A stretch of 64,000 nucleotides of DNA from Spirochaetia bacterium (GCA_963668315.1 OY764216.1:4320001-4384000), one strand, 5' to 3'. Numbered from the stretch's first letter, positions 45,046 through 55,683 are shown. Numbers and translations: made by a program. Notes: generated by a model not told the origin, from the letters alone.

Positions 45046-45861
45046 TTATTCCTCATCCCCTTCGACGGCCATCATAGCCACGATTTTATCTTCCACATCA
45101 AGAAGGCGCTGCTGCATATCTTCGATGCTTTTCTGAATGCGCCGTTTCTGGGATTCCAGCTTCTTGACGGTCATCTTGGGCTCGGGACGGCTCTCTTTGA
45201 TTGACTGGCGCACCTCATTCTGGCTCTGTCCCTCTTTGAACGCCTGAACGGCTTCTTGTCTCTGGGCAGGCTCTTTTATGGAAGCAACAACTTTCATGTT
45301 GTCAAAGCCGATTTCCGGATCAACATCCCTGGCGAACATCTGCATGGCCGATTTGGCCGTCGTTCGGTTCATTCCCAGAGCCCGGTCGATATAGTCCTCA
45401 AAAATCGCATGCTTCTGCTGGCACAGATCGAGGGCCTGAATGAGAAGTTTTCCGAACTCTTTCATGATTTCGCCGTTTTTAGCCAGATAGTTTGACTTGA
45501 TCTGATCCGTCAGATCCTTGAAACGGGGATCGCTTTCATACACATTGGTATAGATGCCCTTCTCCTCGGCTGTCTTAAGAAGCTTGTGGAAAATATCCCA
45601 GAAAAGGACCGTATGATGGGCTCGGGGAGTGGTTTCATTGGCAAAACGGGTAAACTGAATATGATGGGCGAACTCATGAATCGCCGTATACATGAGAGAG
45701 TTGTCTTCTTCGAAATTCTGATTATGGATGATAATCTCATGGTTATCGGGATGGTAAAGGCCATCCACTTTCTTACTCTGCTTTCCCGAATAAATGAGGG
45801 TGAACTCAGCCACGTCCCCATCAATCTCCAATAGTTTTTCCTTAACCTGGTCTTGATTCAC
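45046..45861 (-). CDS. Hypothetical protein with HExxH zinc motif and helical C-terminal domain
   Basis: YTAIHEFAHH plus downstream His; coiled-coil C-terminus; GTG start with AGGAG. Confidence 0.75.
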   Translation of the reverse strand: MNQDQVKEKLLEIDGDVAEFTLIYSGKQSKKVDGLYHPDNHEIIIHNQNFEEDNSLMYTAIHEFAHHIQFTRFANETTPRAHHTVLFWDIFHKLLKTAEEKGIYTNVYESDPRFKDLTDQIKSNYLAKNGEIMKEFGKLLIQALDLCQQKHAIFEDYIDRALGMNRTTAKSAMQMFARDVDPEIGFDNMKVVASIKEPAQRQEAVQAFKEGQSQNEVRQSIKESRPEPKMTVKKLESQKRRIQKSIEDMQQRLLDVEDKIVAMMAVEGDEE

Positions 45862-45864
45862 TGC

Positions 45865-47088
45865 TTACTCCTCACCTGTCTCATTTTTGTGTGATATGTT
45901 ATAGAACAGGATTTCAAAAAGATCAATAAAGTTATGAAGGAATCCCCCTTTTTTCAGCTCACTGGCTGTAACAAGGGATGATTCACCCACCGGTTCACCT
46001 TCGAAATACCAGTTGATTTTACCCCCCGGCGATCCTTTAGGCAAGGGTGCCCTGAGCCAGGGTTCCGCCTCCCATGTCCGGGAAAGGAGATCTTTTTCCT
46101 GTTCACCGTAAGTAAAGAGGGGGATTTCTTCAGGAATCAGCAGTATTTCTTCTTCCTCCCCGGAATAAACCTTGAGGGGAAGGGAAAAATCCGGCAGGGG
46201 ACGGGTTTTCCAGTTGGCAAATCCGTACTCCAGCAGCTCAGTCGATTCCAGGGCCCGTTCCTTCACTCCCTCCCGGTAATCGTCGGTGAAGATTCCCATA
46301 ACAACCGTAATGAAACGGGTGTCCCCCCGCTTGGCGGTGGCGGCAAAATTAAAACCCGATTCATCTATATAACCGGATTTCAATCCGTCCACCCCTTCTA
46401 CATTACCCAGAAGCAGATTGGTATTCTTCTTTGTCCGGGATGTCAGGATCTGCCCGTCGGGAGCTTTGTTCTCATCCTTCGGATAGGTAAAGACTGCGAG
46501 GGAGTGGAGCTTTTCCAGAGCCCAGGGAAAGCGTTCTATGTATCGGCGGGAAAAATCGGCATAACTGACCGGGGAAACCTTGTTATTTTCACTCCAGCCG
46601 TCGGGATCTTCGAAATGCATATCTTCATATCCCATGGAATAGACGAGCAGATTCATCTTGTCGACAAATTTTTCCGGTGTCCCGGCCAGCAGTTCGGCCA
46701 GCTGATAGGCGCCGTCATTACCGGAAGAAACGGCGATTCCCTGAAGAAGTGTCAGATAATCGAGGGTCTGCCCCTCCTCCAGCAGCATGAGGGACGAACC
46801 GGCCGGTCGGGAAAAGGCGGAGCCCGTGGCAGTTACCGTAACGGGGGTATCCAGGGTGATATAACCCCGTTCCACCGCTTCGCAGCCGAGATAAAGGGAC
46901 ACAAGCTTGGTCATGGAAGCGGGAGGTCGGGCATCCGTTCCGTTCTTGTCATACAGGACACGTCCTGTCAGATAGTCCATGAGGACGGCGCTTTCCGCAG
47001 TCAGTTCCGGTGCGACCTGAGCGGCCGCGGAAAGGGTAACAAAGATACAAAATAGGGTTAGGGTAATTTTTCTCAAGGTATTTCTCAT
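45865..47088 (-). CDS. D-alanyl-D-alanine carboxypeptidase (peptidase S11)
   Basis: PPASMTK (SxxK), SGN and DGLKSGY; signal peptide. Confidence 0.93.
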   Translation of the reverse strand: MRNTLRKITLTLFCIFVTLSAAAQVAPELTAESAVLMDYLTGRVLYDKNGTDARPPASMTKLVSLYLGCEAVERGYITLDTPVTVTATGSAFSRPAGSSLMLLEEGQTLDYLTLLQGIAVSSGNDGAYQLAELLAGTPEKFVDKMNLLVYSMGYEDMHFEDPDGWSENNKVSPVSYADFSRRYIERFPWALEKLHSLAVFTYPKDENKAPDGQILTSRTKKNTNLLLGNVEGVDGLKSGYIDESGFNFAATAKRGDTRFITVVMGIFTDDYREGVKERALESTELLEYGFANWKTRPLPDFSLPLKVYSGEEEEILLIPEEIPLFTYGEQEKDLLSRTWEAEPWLRAPLPKGSPGGKINWYFEGEPVGESSLVTASELKKGGFLHNFIDLFEILFYNISHKNETGEE

Positions 47089-47101
47089 GATTTGTCAGAG
47101 C

Positions 47102-47130
47102 ATTATAAGTGGCACGGATTTTTCCGTCAA
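47102..47130 (-). promoter_or_regulatory. Near-consensus sigma70 promoter of the DD-carboxypeptidase
   Basis: TTGACG, 17-nt spacer, TATAAT on the minus strand. Confidence 0.75.
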
Positions 47131-47190
47131 CCGGAGGGAGGAATCAAATCCCAGATCCCTGCTGAGACAGACCATCGCGGTAAAACAAAT

Positions 47191-48210
47191 CTATAAACTA
47201 CCGATAAAGCGATTCAAAATATCCTCCAGTTTCTTTTTATCCAGAGAGTAATATACCCGTTTGCTTTCGCCCATTTCCACTTGGAAAATATTGAATCGAT
47301 TTAAAATCCCCATATGATGGCTCAGGGTTCCCCTTGTCAGATTCAATTCTTTCGCCAATTCCGTACTGTACCGGGGTTTTTCAGCCAGAGCTCTGATTAT
47401 TGACAAGCGGGAATCATCGGCTAAGGCTTTAAAAAAATCCAGGCTTGCAACCTTCCGAAGGGAAGGATCAAAGCTTTTCTCCATCTGATAGTTGTAACAT
47501 ACCAGTACGTTCGTCCCCCTCAGCGTGTAGAAGAGCCGCCCCCCCGCAAGATAGGAAACCAGGTAATCGAAGACAAGCTCTCCACCTTTCGCAGTATCAA
47601 GGGAAATTTTGATGAGCTCCTTTTCAAACTGATCGGGGTTCTCTTTTCTGAGTATCTCATGATTACGGGCTTTGCTCTTAAGAAAGGATTCTATCCGACT
47701 CTCATAGGGCTGGAAATACTCTTCATAGAGTCGGGAAAAAAACGAGCGGGCCCGATTTATCTGCTCTTCGGGATACCGCTTCAGTTCCTGGTATGCGGTC
47801 AACACTTTATCACCCTGCCCTACTTCGGAGAGCAAAGCCTCAAGAGCTTTCATCTTCCCATCATCATCTTCACCTATCAGTTCATCACCGTTGTTATCCA
47901 GAAAGAAGGTAATGTATTCCTGTGCGTCCATCTTTTGCCAGCGGGTACTGTATTCGGAGAAACTAGCAGCCCACCCCATAACGTCAGGAGCATAGAGTGG
48001 GTAGGTATAGAGAATCGTATCTTTTACCAAAAGCTTAAGGTCTGCCTTCATAGAAGGGGTAAGGTCCCTATTGGCATTGCCCACGATCTCCCTTATAAAT
48101 ACATCCGGTTCGGACCAACCGTTCCTTGAAGCGAAATTTTTATAATGGGCCAGGTTTTCAAGGAACTCGACAAATTCCCTTAAGAGGCTATAAGATATAA
48201 CTGACGACAT
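47191..48210 (-). CDS. ArsR/SmtB-family regulator with C-terminal wHTH
   Basis: FKALADDSRLSII..L..ELAKELNLTRGTLSHHM at the C-terminus. Confidence 0.85.
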   Translation of the reverse strand: MSSVISYSLLREFVEFLENLAHYKNFASRNGWSEPDVFIREIVGNANRDLTPSMKADLKLLVKDTILYTYPLYAPDVMGWAASFSEYSTRWQKMDAQEYITFFLDNNGDELIGEDDDGKMKALEALLSEVGQGDKVLTAYQELKRYPEEQINRARSFFSRLYEEYFQPYESRIESFLKSKARNHEILRKENPDQFEKELIKISLDTAKGGELVFDYLVSYLAGGRLFYTLRGTNVLVCYNYQMEKSFDPSLRKVASLDFFKALADDSRLSIIRALAEKPRYSTELAKELNLTRGTLSHHMGILNRFNIFQVEMGESKRVYYSLDKKKLEDILNRFIGSL

Positions 48211-48235
48211 CTGAGGCTTCTCCTTCCCTCATAAC

Positions 48236-49498
48236 CTATTCCGACTCTCCATAGGATATCAGATCAAGACGACGCAATACTTCCGTTCGCCCCATGAGGC
48301 CTAACAATAGTAACACGAATATCCCGCAGGTGGAAAGAATCATGGCGGGAGATATATTTTTCGTCAGAAAACCGAAGAGAAGATAAGCTATAGGTATGAT
48401 TCCCTCGCATAAAGAATCGGTCAGCGACCCTACCCGCCCCAGATATGCCCTGTCGACATAGGCTTGAAAGAAAACGCCGATCGGTATATTCACAATCATC
48501 GCCACCGCAGCAGCAAGCAAAGGAAATGGGGTTATTATCAAAGCAGCCGTTAGGGATGAAAAATGTTTTCCTGCGGAAAAAGCCATTCCAGTCAAAAGAA
48601 AAAGCAGCCCTATCATAGCAAGAGTGGAAATCATATGCCGCCGGGTAAGCCTAATATGAAGCTTTCCCGCAATTATCGCCCCGAGAAACGCACCGCCGGA
48701 TAGGGCGGACATTACCGCACCGTATAAATTCTCCGGCAATTTCAGATATTCAATGAGCCCATAGGGCAGAAGAACTGTCAGGGAAGAGAAAAAGAAATTC
48801 AAAAGCATCACGGATAAGGAGATATATACAAGCAGGGAGTCGGACTTGAAATATTCCAGGCCCTCCCGCAAATCTGACATAAAAGGCTTCCTTTGCTCCT
48901 CATCCGGTCCGACCTCGCTGCAATTAAAACGAAAATCGATGAATAGTTCCGATAAGGCCGAAAGGAAAAAGGAGATCCCGTTTATTGCCAGGAATATCCA
49001 AAGGGGGATGAACACGTAAATCAAACCGGCGACAAGAGGAGAAAGCAGAGTAACCAAACTGATGACGGATTGCCGCAGAGAACTGAGCAGAGTCAAAGAG
49101 TCCATGGTAACCATATCCCGCTGGGAAGCTGTAAAGGCCGTTTCCAGCATGATCTCAGTCAAGGAGAGAATTGGAGTCACGAGGTAAATCCAAAATAGCT
49201 TTAAGCTATGGGTATAACTAATGAAAACGAGAAATCCCATGAGAAAGGCACTGACAAAATCGGCTCCTACAATAAGTGCCTTTTTACTCATCCGGTCCGT
49301 AATGTTTCCGAGAAAAGGGCCTGCTATGACCCTGGGTAGAACACTTAGGACTAGAGAAATAGCGAAAGATTGCCCCGATCCGGTAAGGTTGAGCACATAT
49401 AATCCGATGGCAAACGAGTAAAGGGCCGTACCCAGTCGAGACACTCCTACTCCTGCTACAACAAATATGATGTTTCTTCTCTCTTTTTTCTTCATCAT
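48236..49498 (-). CDS. MFS transporter (MefA-like efflux family)
   Basis: About 12 TM segments; GNITDRMSKK, DLREGLEY and YLGRVGS. Confidence 0.88.
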   Translation of the reverse strand: MMKKKERRNIIFVVAGVGVSRLGTALYSFAIGLYVLNLTGSGQSFAISLVLSVLPRVIAGPFLGNITDRMSKKALIVGADFVSAFLMGFLVFISYTHSLKLFWIYLVTPILSLTEIMLETAFTASQRDMVTMDSLTLLSSLRQSVISLVTLLSPLVAGLIYVFIPLWIFLAINGISFFLSALSELFIDFRFNCSEVGPDEEQRKPFMSDLREGLEYFKSDSLLVYISLSVMLLNFFFSSLTVLLPYGLIEYLKLPENLYGAVMSALSGGAFLGAIIAGKLHIRLTRRHMISTLAMIGLLFLLTGMAFSAGKHFSSLTAALIITPFPLLAAAVAMIVNIPIGVFFQAYVDRAYLGRVGSLTDSLCEGIIPIAYLLFGFLTKNISPAMILSTCGIFVLLLLGLMGRTEVLRRLDLISYGESE

Positions 49499-49855
49499 AT
49501 ATACACCTCATTGCATTATACATATCATTTATATATATGTATTATATTCATCTAACATAAAAGGTTTTGAAAAGAACTTCAAGAGCGAAGGCTAATAATA
49601 AATTCCATTGCCTACACATCTGCTTGCCCCCTATGCCCATGAAAGAAATGAGAAATTACCTAAGCTTTCGATTGAGATTCTGAAAGTCAATGAAATCATG
49701 GATAAAGGTATAATCAAAATCGTATTATCACCGGGCCGGACTGATCAGGCATCTAAAAAAAGAAATATCCGTTTTTTTAAGAAACAATCATCCCTAATTT
49801 CCGATGAGACGAAATACATGAAGAACAGAGTAATGACTTTTTTTACCCGATTTGT

Positions 49856-49907
49856 GAAAAGGGAGAGGGTATTATATTGTTTTCAATATAACGCCCTCTC
49901 CCTTTTC
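49856..49907. other. 24-bp-arm hairpin in a divergent intergenic region
   Basis: GAAAAGGGAGAGGGTATTATATTG-TTTT-CAATATAACGCCCTCTCCCTTTTC, with two non-Watson-Crick positions. Confidence 0.8.
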
Positions 49908-49973
49908 CCCCCTTTCAAATCTGTAATCCCCCATTTCTTGTTAATCGGCAAAGGATAGGCTATAATAGAACCC

Positions 49974-50903
49974 ATGAAGATTTTTCATCTTTATTATCTG
50001 GATAAGAAGAGTGAGATTTCCCCAAACAGGACTTACACATTGGGAAGAAACTGGGACAACAGCATCATTCTTCCGGAAAAGTCGGTATCCCGGAATCATG
50101 CCGTACTCGAGGGGACGAGTGACGGATTCATTCTCAGGGATCTGGGAAGTACCAACGGGACTTATATGGAAGGAGAGCGCATTACGGAAAGATCGTTCCG
50201 CGACAGCGCCAAATTCCGCATCGGCTCATGCAACCTGGAAGTTTGCTCCCGGGAAGCCGATCTGACCCCTTCCGATATGCTACCCAGCGATACGATGATT
50301 TTCGAGAACCGCATCTCCAAGCTGAAAAAAGAGGTGAATGATCCCGATCTGGCCGGACGGATTGAAGGGTTGAAACAGTTTTTCAACAGCAAAAGGGAAT
50401 CCCTCTCCCTCAAGGCCAACAAAGACGGATTGACCGATCTGTACAATCGCCGGTATATGGATGAAAAATTGAATGAGGAGATTGACCGGGCCGTCCGCTA
50501 TAAACGTCCCCTGAGCCTGATCATGGTCGATATCGATCTCTTTAAGAAAATCAACGACGCCTACGGCCATCAGAAGGGAGACGAAGTCCTTACCACCGTG
50601 GCCAGAATTCTGAAGGTGACCAGCCGCAATATGGATATCCTCTGCCGCTACGGCGGAGAGGAGATGGTTTTCATCCTTCCCGAGACATCCCCCGAGCATG
50701 CGATGATTATGGCCGATATGTGCCGCCAGCGCATAGACGACAACGTGGTCAAGGAGACGGGGGTCAAGGTGACCATCAGTCTGGGCGTGGCCGGAGTAAG
50801 TATGCGGTGCGATTCTGCCGAGGATCTGATAGCTGCGGCCGACAGGGCTCTCTATCGGGCCAAGCAGAAGGGACGCAACCGGGTGGAATGGGAGGAAACG
50901 TGA
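49974..50903 (+). CDS. FHA-domain diguanylate cyclase (GGDEF)
   Basis: LGR, VSRNHA and DLGSTNGT (FHA); DGLTDLYNRR, DIDLFKKINDAYGH and RYGGEE. Confidence 0.93.
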   Translation: MKIFHLYYLDKKSEISPNRTYTLGRNWDNSIILPEKSVSRNHAVLEGTSDGFILRDLGSTNGTYMEGERITERSFRDSAKFRIGSCNLEVCSREADLTPSDMLPSDTMIFENRISKLKKEVNDPDLAGRIEGLKQFFNSKRESLSLKANKDGLTDLYNRRYMDEKLNEEIDRAVRYKRPLSLIMVDIDLFKKINDAYGHQKGDEVLTTVARILKVTSRNMDILCRYGGEEMVFILPETSPEHAMIMADMCRQRIDDNVVKETGVKVTISLGVAGVSMRCDSAEDLIAAADRALYRAKQKGRNRVEWEET

Positions 50904-51586
50904 AAATACTGCTAGTAGAGGATGACCGGGGCATCGGTTCCTTCATAAAAAAAGGTTTTGTACAGGAAGGGCATACACTGGATTGGGCCGAAAGAGGCGA
51001 TGACGGTCTGATGATGGGCCTGTCCGGAGAATATGACGCGGTAATTCTGGATTTGATGCTTCCCGGAATGGAAGGCCTGGAAGTCCTCTCGGAACTGCGT
51101 AACGGCGGAAAAAACTGCCCCGTCCTGATCTTGAGCGCCAAACAGACCGTGGATGACCGCGTTAAGGGTTTGAAAGCCGGCGGTGACGATTACCTCACCA
51201 AACCCTTCGCCTTTTCCGAACTGCTTGTACGGATAGAGACTCTCGTACGCAGAACTTCGACGGGAGGCGGCTCTCGGGAAGTGACGAAGCTGAGCTGCGC
51301 CGATCTTGAGGTGGAACTACTCTCCCGCAAGGTTGTCAGAGGCGGTATGCAGATTGAGCTCCAGCCCCGTGAATACGCCCTTTTGGAACTTTTTCTTCGG
51401 AACAAGGGAAACGTTCTGACAAAAACTCTCATCCTGGAAAAAATCTGGAACTGGAATTTCGATCCCCAGACAAATGTCGTGGATGTTCTCGTCTCACGTC
51501 TGAGAAGCAGGATAGACAAGGAGTTCGACGTCAAGCTGATTCACACGGTCCGGGGAGCCGGTTATGTTCTCAAAGAACCGGTTTAA
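50900..51586 (+). CDS. OmpR-family response regulator (CusR/CzcR-like)
   Basis: ILLVEDD, ILDLMLP, KPFAFSEL, TNVVDV and HTVRGAGY; GTG start at 50900 (GTGA overlap, GGAGG). Confidence 0.93.
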   Translation: MKILLVEDDRGIGSFIKKGFVQEGHTLDWAERGDDGLMMGLSGEYDAVILDLMLPGMEGLEVLSELRNGGKNCPVLILSAKQTVDDRVKGLKAGGDDYLTKPFAFSELLVRIETLVRRTSTGGGSREVTKLSCADLEVELLSRKVVRGGMQIELQPREYALLELFLRNKGNVLTKTLILEKIWNWNFDPQTNVVDVLVSRLRSRIDKEFDVKLIHTVRGAGYVLKEPV

Positions 51587-52967
51587 CCCGGTATTCTTTC
51601 GTTCCATTCAATTCAAGATAGGCCTGGTTTTTTCCATTACCTTCGTACTTCTCTTCACCATACTGGGGCTGTGGGTTATTTATACGACTTATACGGCCCT
51701 GATCAGGGAAGAGATGCAGTTTCTCTACAACAGGCTGGCCATGTACCGCGCCCAGTATGAAACGGAGGGTGTCGAAAACCTTTTCGACAGGGCGAAGAAT
51801 GAAAACGAGAATCTTCCCTACATGAATTTTTTCCTCCGGTTCAACGATTCGGACGGAAAGGAGATCTTCTTTTATGTTCCTCCCGGATGGGAAAACTTTG
51901 ATTTCGACCCCCTATACCGGGCCGTCGCCTCGGGCGATCACAGCCGTCTTCTCCACCTGGGAGGATCGGATCCGACAAAACGGCTGACTTCGGTTATTCT
52001 TCCCCTGGCCGACGGGAGCACCCTCCAGTGCGGAGTGGTTTCCGCCTCCCAGTATAAACTTATGGCCGGTTTCCGCCATATGGCCTACCGCCTTTTCACT
52101 ATTCTGGTCGTGGTCGCCTTTGCGACGGGCGTATTCGTTACAGCCCGTTCTCTCAAACCCATTGCCCGGCTTAACCGGGAGATAGAGAGGATAGCCCTGA
52201 CAGGGGAAATTTCCCAGCGGCTGACCACACGGGGGACGGGTGATCATATCGATTCGATGGCCCATAGAATGAATCACCTCCTCGACCGGATAGAGGAGCT
52301 TGTGGAAGGTCTCAAGGGAACTCTGGACAACACCGCCCACGATCTGCGCACCCCTCTGACACGGTTGATGGGGCGGGCGGAACTGGCCCTGGGGGGAACG
52401 GAAGAGGAAAAGGATGAGGCCCTGGTCAACTGCCTGGAAGAGAGCCGGTATATTCTGACCATGCTCAATACGCTTATGGATATATCCGCAGCCGAAAAGG
52501 GGCTGATAGAGATAACGGAAGAGCCGATAAACATGAAAGAGCTGATCGACCAGTTCGCCGATATGTACGGGTTCGTTGCCGATGACCGCGGAGTGGAACT
52601 GAATTGCTCCTGCGGAGAGGACATACGCCTTAAAGCCGATCCTGTCCGTCTGAATCAGGCCATGGCCAATCTTCTGGACAATGCCATGAAATTTACACCG
52701 GAGGGAGGAAAAATATCCTTGGCGGTGATGAAGGATGACGACGGCCGCGGTACGGTTATCAGTGTCAGCGATAACGGGCCCGGTATTTCCGATGAGGAAA
52801 AGGGGCAGATATGGACGAGACTTTACCGGGGAGAAAAAAGCCGTACAAGTCCCGGAATGGGTCTGGGACTGAGCCTCGTTAAGGCCGTGGCGGAAGCTCA
52901 TAACGGACGGGTGGAGGTCTTGGACAACCCGGGGGGCGGTTCTATTTTCAGACTGCATATTCCCTGA
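51564..52967 (+). CDS. Sensor histidine kinase (HAMP, HisKA, HATPase)
   Basis: Two TM segments; AHDLRTPL, NLLDNAMKF, DNGPGI and GMGLGLS. Confidence 0.94.
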   Translation: MFSKNRFNPVFFRSIQFKIGLVFSITFVLLFTILGLWVIYTTYTALIREEMQFLYNRLAMYRAQYETEGVENLFDRAKNENENLPYMNFFLRFNDSDGKEIFFYVPPGWENFDFDPLYRAVASGDHSRLLHLGGSDPTKRLTSVILPLADGSTLQCGVVSASQYKLMAGFRHMAYRLFTILVVVAFATGVFVTARSLKPIARLNREIERIALTGEISQRLTTRGTGDHIDSMAHRMNHLLDRIEELVEGLKGTLDNTAHDLRTPLTRLMGRAELALGGTEEEKDEALVNCLEESRYILTMLNTLMDISAAEKGLIEITEEPINMKELIDQFADMYGFVADDRGVELNCSCGEDIRLKADPVRLNQAMANLLDNAMKFTPEGGKISLAVMKDDDGRGTVISVSDNGPGISDEEKGQIWTRLYRGEKSRTSPGMGLGLSLVKAVAEAHNGRVEVLDNPGGGSIFRLHIP

Positions 52968-53086
52968 ACCGGAAATTTTGTATAACATATGGGTCCCTAA
53001 GTTTTCGGGAAATTATTCCGAAAATAGGATTGAGTGGATGGCTATTCGCTTTAATATCTTCCCAAAGGATTTAATGGATTAATAAA

Positions 53087-53572
53087 ATGAAAAAGACGAT
53101 TTGCACACTTTCTATAGTTCTCGCAGGAATGCTGATTCCCCTCTTTGCCGAAACTGGCCTCGGTGCCGCTTTCTCCTATGGATTAAGCAACGGAGCCAAT
53201 AATATGGGGGGAGTCCTGACCCTGAGCACTCCGGCAATCCCCGGTACGGTTCAAACCTTGAGGCTCTCCTTCAGCGGATCGGATTACATCAGTTTCGGAG
53301 TAACCGATGACTGGTGGGTGGTGCAGGAAGACCTCACGGGTGATCTGGATTTCTACATCGGCCTGGGATTCTATTCGGGCTTCACCATGGATGACGGGGA
53401 TCCCGATTTTCAGCTGGGGGGTCGTTTTCCTCTGGGGCTGACGATTATGCCTCTGGATTTTCTGGAACTGTTTCTGGAAGTTGCTCCGGCAATCGGACTG
53501 GGGTTCGAACCTACGGTCTATTTTCCCGCCTGGGATGCTCAGGGGGCTCTGGGCTTCCGTCTCTGGTTCTAA
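53087..53572 (+). CDS. Small outer-membrane beta-barrel protein (DUF3996-like)
   Basis: Signal peptide; alternating beta-strands (FYIGLG, GRFPLGL, ELFLEVAP) and C-terminal GFRLWF. Confidence 0.7.
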   Translation: MKKTICTLSIVLAGMLIPLFAETGLGAAFSYGLSNGANNMGGVLTLSTPAIPGTVQTLRLSFSGSDYISFGVTDDWWVVQEDLTGDLDFYIGLGFYSGFTMDDGDPDFQLGGRFPLGLTIMPLDFLELFLEVAPAIGLGFEPTVYFPAWDAQGALGFRLWF

Positions 53573-53595
53573 AAGGAATATATTCTTCGGACCTG

Positions 53596-53628
53596 AAAAA
53601 ACCGCCGACGGAAGTCAGGCGGTTTTTT
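53596..53628. terminator. Bidirectional intrinsic terminator
   Basis: AAAAAACCGCC-GACGGAAGTCA-GGCGGTTTTTT between the convergent OMP gene and tkt; a second stem GGGAGCCTT/AAGGCTCCC lies at 53651-53684. Confidence 0.8.
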
Positions 53629-53691
53629 ATTTACCCTTCAGTATTTACAAGGGAGCCTTCACTCGGTCTGGAGGAAAGGCTCCCTCAGGGT

Positions 53692-55683
53692 CTACAGGGC
53701 CAGGGCTTTCTCGGCCACATTCTCGGGGGTGAAGCCGAAGTGCTTGAAAATCTGTTTCACACTGCCGGAAACGCCGTATCCTTCCATTCCGATGACAGCT
53801 CCGTCGAGACCGACATACTTGTACCACATGTCGCCGATCTGGGCTTCCACAGCCACTCTTTTGGTGACAGCTTTGGGAAGAACACTTTCCTTATAGGCCG
53901 CGCTCTGGCCATCAAAGACTTCGGTACAGGGCATGGAAACGACCCGTACTTTCTTGCCCTTGGCGCTTAACAGCTCCGCCGCGTCAACGCAGACTTTCAC
54001 TTCCGAACCGGTTCCGATGAGAATAATGTCGGGAGTTCCCGCACAGTCGGAAAGGACATATCCGCCCTGGGCTACCTGAGCAACCTGTTCATCCGTCCGG
54101 GGGAGGGGGTCCAGATTCTGGCGGGACAGGGCCAGAGCGGAAGGCCCGCCTTCGTACTTGACCGCTTCCTTCCAGGCCACGGCCGTTTCAAGCCAGTCCG
54201 CCGGACGCCAGGTATGAACATTGGGCATGAGCCGCAGGGTGGGAATCTGCTCCACCGGCTGATGGGTGGGGCCGTCCTCCCCTACTCCGATGGAGTCATG
54301 GGTATAGATCAGGATGCTCCGCTGTTTCATGAGGGCGGCCATTCTGATGGCGTTCTGGGCGTAATCCTTGAAGATAAGGAACGTTGCATTATAGGCCAGG
54401 AAACCGCCGTGGAGAACCATACCGTTGGTAATGGCAGTCATGGCGAATTCCCGTACACCGTAATGGAGGTAGTTTCCGTCAGCATCGTCGGGAGTGATAT
54501 CCTTGGAACCGGACCAGATAGTCAGGTTGCTGGGAGCCAGGTCGGCAGAACCGCCCACCAGCTGGGGAATCAGCTTACCCACTTCGTTCAGGCTGTTCTG
54601 GGAGGCCTTGCGGGAGGCGATGGACGTGGCGCCGGTCATGAGTCCCTTGATGTATTTATCATATTCTGCTTCCCAGCCTTCGGGAAATTTTCCGGCCATT
54701 CTGTCGAGCAGTTCCTTTCCTTCGGCGGGATAGGCCTTAACGTAGTCATCCATCAGGGCGTCCCAGGCGTCGTTGGCTGCGGCCCCCTTGGCTCTGGCGT
54801 CCCAATCGGCATAAATATCCTCGGGCACGTAAAAAAGCTCATCGTACTCCCAGCCCAGTTCCTTGCGAACCAGGGCGCACTCGTCCGGTCCCAGGGGAGC
54901 GCCGTGGGATTCCTCTTTTCCCCCCTTGTTGGGAGAGCCGAAACCGATCGTAGTCTTACAGATAATGAGAGCGGGCTTGTCGCTTACGCTTTTTGCCTCA
55001 TCAATAGCCTTCTGAATAGCCGAATCGTCATGACCGTCGACAGGACCGACGATCTGCCATCCGTAAGCCTCGAATCTTTTGGCCGTATTATCGGTAAACC
55101 ATCCGTTGACTTCCCCGTCGATGGAGATGCCGTTGTCATCGTAAAAAGCAACCAGTTTGCCCAGCTTGTGGGTTCCCGCGAAAGAGGCGGCCTCGTGGCT
55201 GATACCTTCCATCATACAGCCGTCCCCCATGAAGGTGTAGGTGTAGTGGTCGATGGGAGCAATATCGGACTTGTTGTAACGGGCGGCCAGGATTTTTTCG
55301 GCCAGGGCCATTCCCACGGCATTGGTAAATCCCTGTCCCAGAGGACCGGTTGTCGTATCCACACCGGGGACTTCATCGTATTCGGGATGCCCGGGTGTTC
55401 TGGAATCGAGCTGACGGAAATTTTTCAGATCCTCGATGCTCAGATTGTAACCGGTCATGTGAAGAAGAGAGTAAATGAGCATGGATGCGTGGCCGTTAGA
55501 GAGGACGAACCTGTCCCGGTTGAACCATTTCGGATTAGCCGGATTGTGATTCATGTTTCTTCTCCAGAGGACTTCAGCCATATCGGCCATTCCCATGGGA
55601 GCTCCCGGGTGTCCCGAGTTGGCCTTCTGGACTCCGTCCATGGCCAGAATTCTAAGGGCGTTCGCCTGTTTCGTGCTTTTCAC
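53692..55683 (-). CDS. tkt: Transketolase
   Basis: [41 protein letters not shown] and [18 protein letters not shown]. Confidence 0.98.
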   Translation of the reverse strand: MKSTKQANALRILAMDGVQKANSGHPGAPMGMADMAEVLWRRNMNHNPANPKWFNRDRFVLSNGHASMLIYSLLHMTGYNLSIEDLKNFRQLDSRTPGHPEYDEVPGVDTTTGPLGQGFTNAVGMALAEKILAARYNKSDIAPIDHYTYTFMGDGCMMEGISHEAASFAGTHKLGKLVAFYDDNGISIDGEVNGWFTDNTAKRFEAYGWQIVGPVDGHDDSAIQKAIDEAKSVSDKPALIICKTTIGFGSPNKGGKEESHGAPLGPDECALVRKELGWEYDELFYVPEDIYADWDARAKGAAANDAWDALMDDYVKAYPAEGKELLDRMAGKFPEGWEAEYDKYIKGLMTGATSIASRKASQNSLNEVGKLIPQLVGGSADLAPSNLTIWSGSKDITPDDADGNYLHYGVREFAMTAITNGMVLHGGFLAYNATFLIFKDYAQNAIRMAALMKQRSILIYTHDSIGVGEDGPTHQPVEQIPTLRLMPNVHTWRPADWLETAVAWKEAVKYEGGPSALALSRQNLDPLPRTDEQVAQVAQGGYVLSDCAGTPDIILIGTGSEVKVCVDAAELLSAKGKKVRVVSMPCTEVFDGQSAAYKESVLPKAVTKRVAVEAQIGDMWYKYVGLDGAVIGMEGYGVSGSVKQIFKHFGFTPENVAEKALAL

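Noticed and set aside
49608..49958. 116-aa ORF in the MFS/GGDEF spacer
   Set aside because: TTG start without an RBS, no motifs, and it runs through a strong hairpin.
50720..50899. N-terminal extension of the response regulator in the ORF track
   Set aside because: Overlaps the GGDEF gene; GTG 50900 with a GGAGG RBS is the better start.
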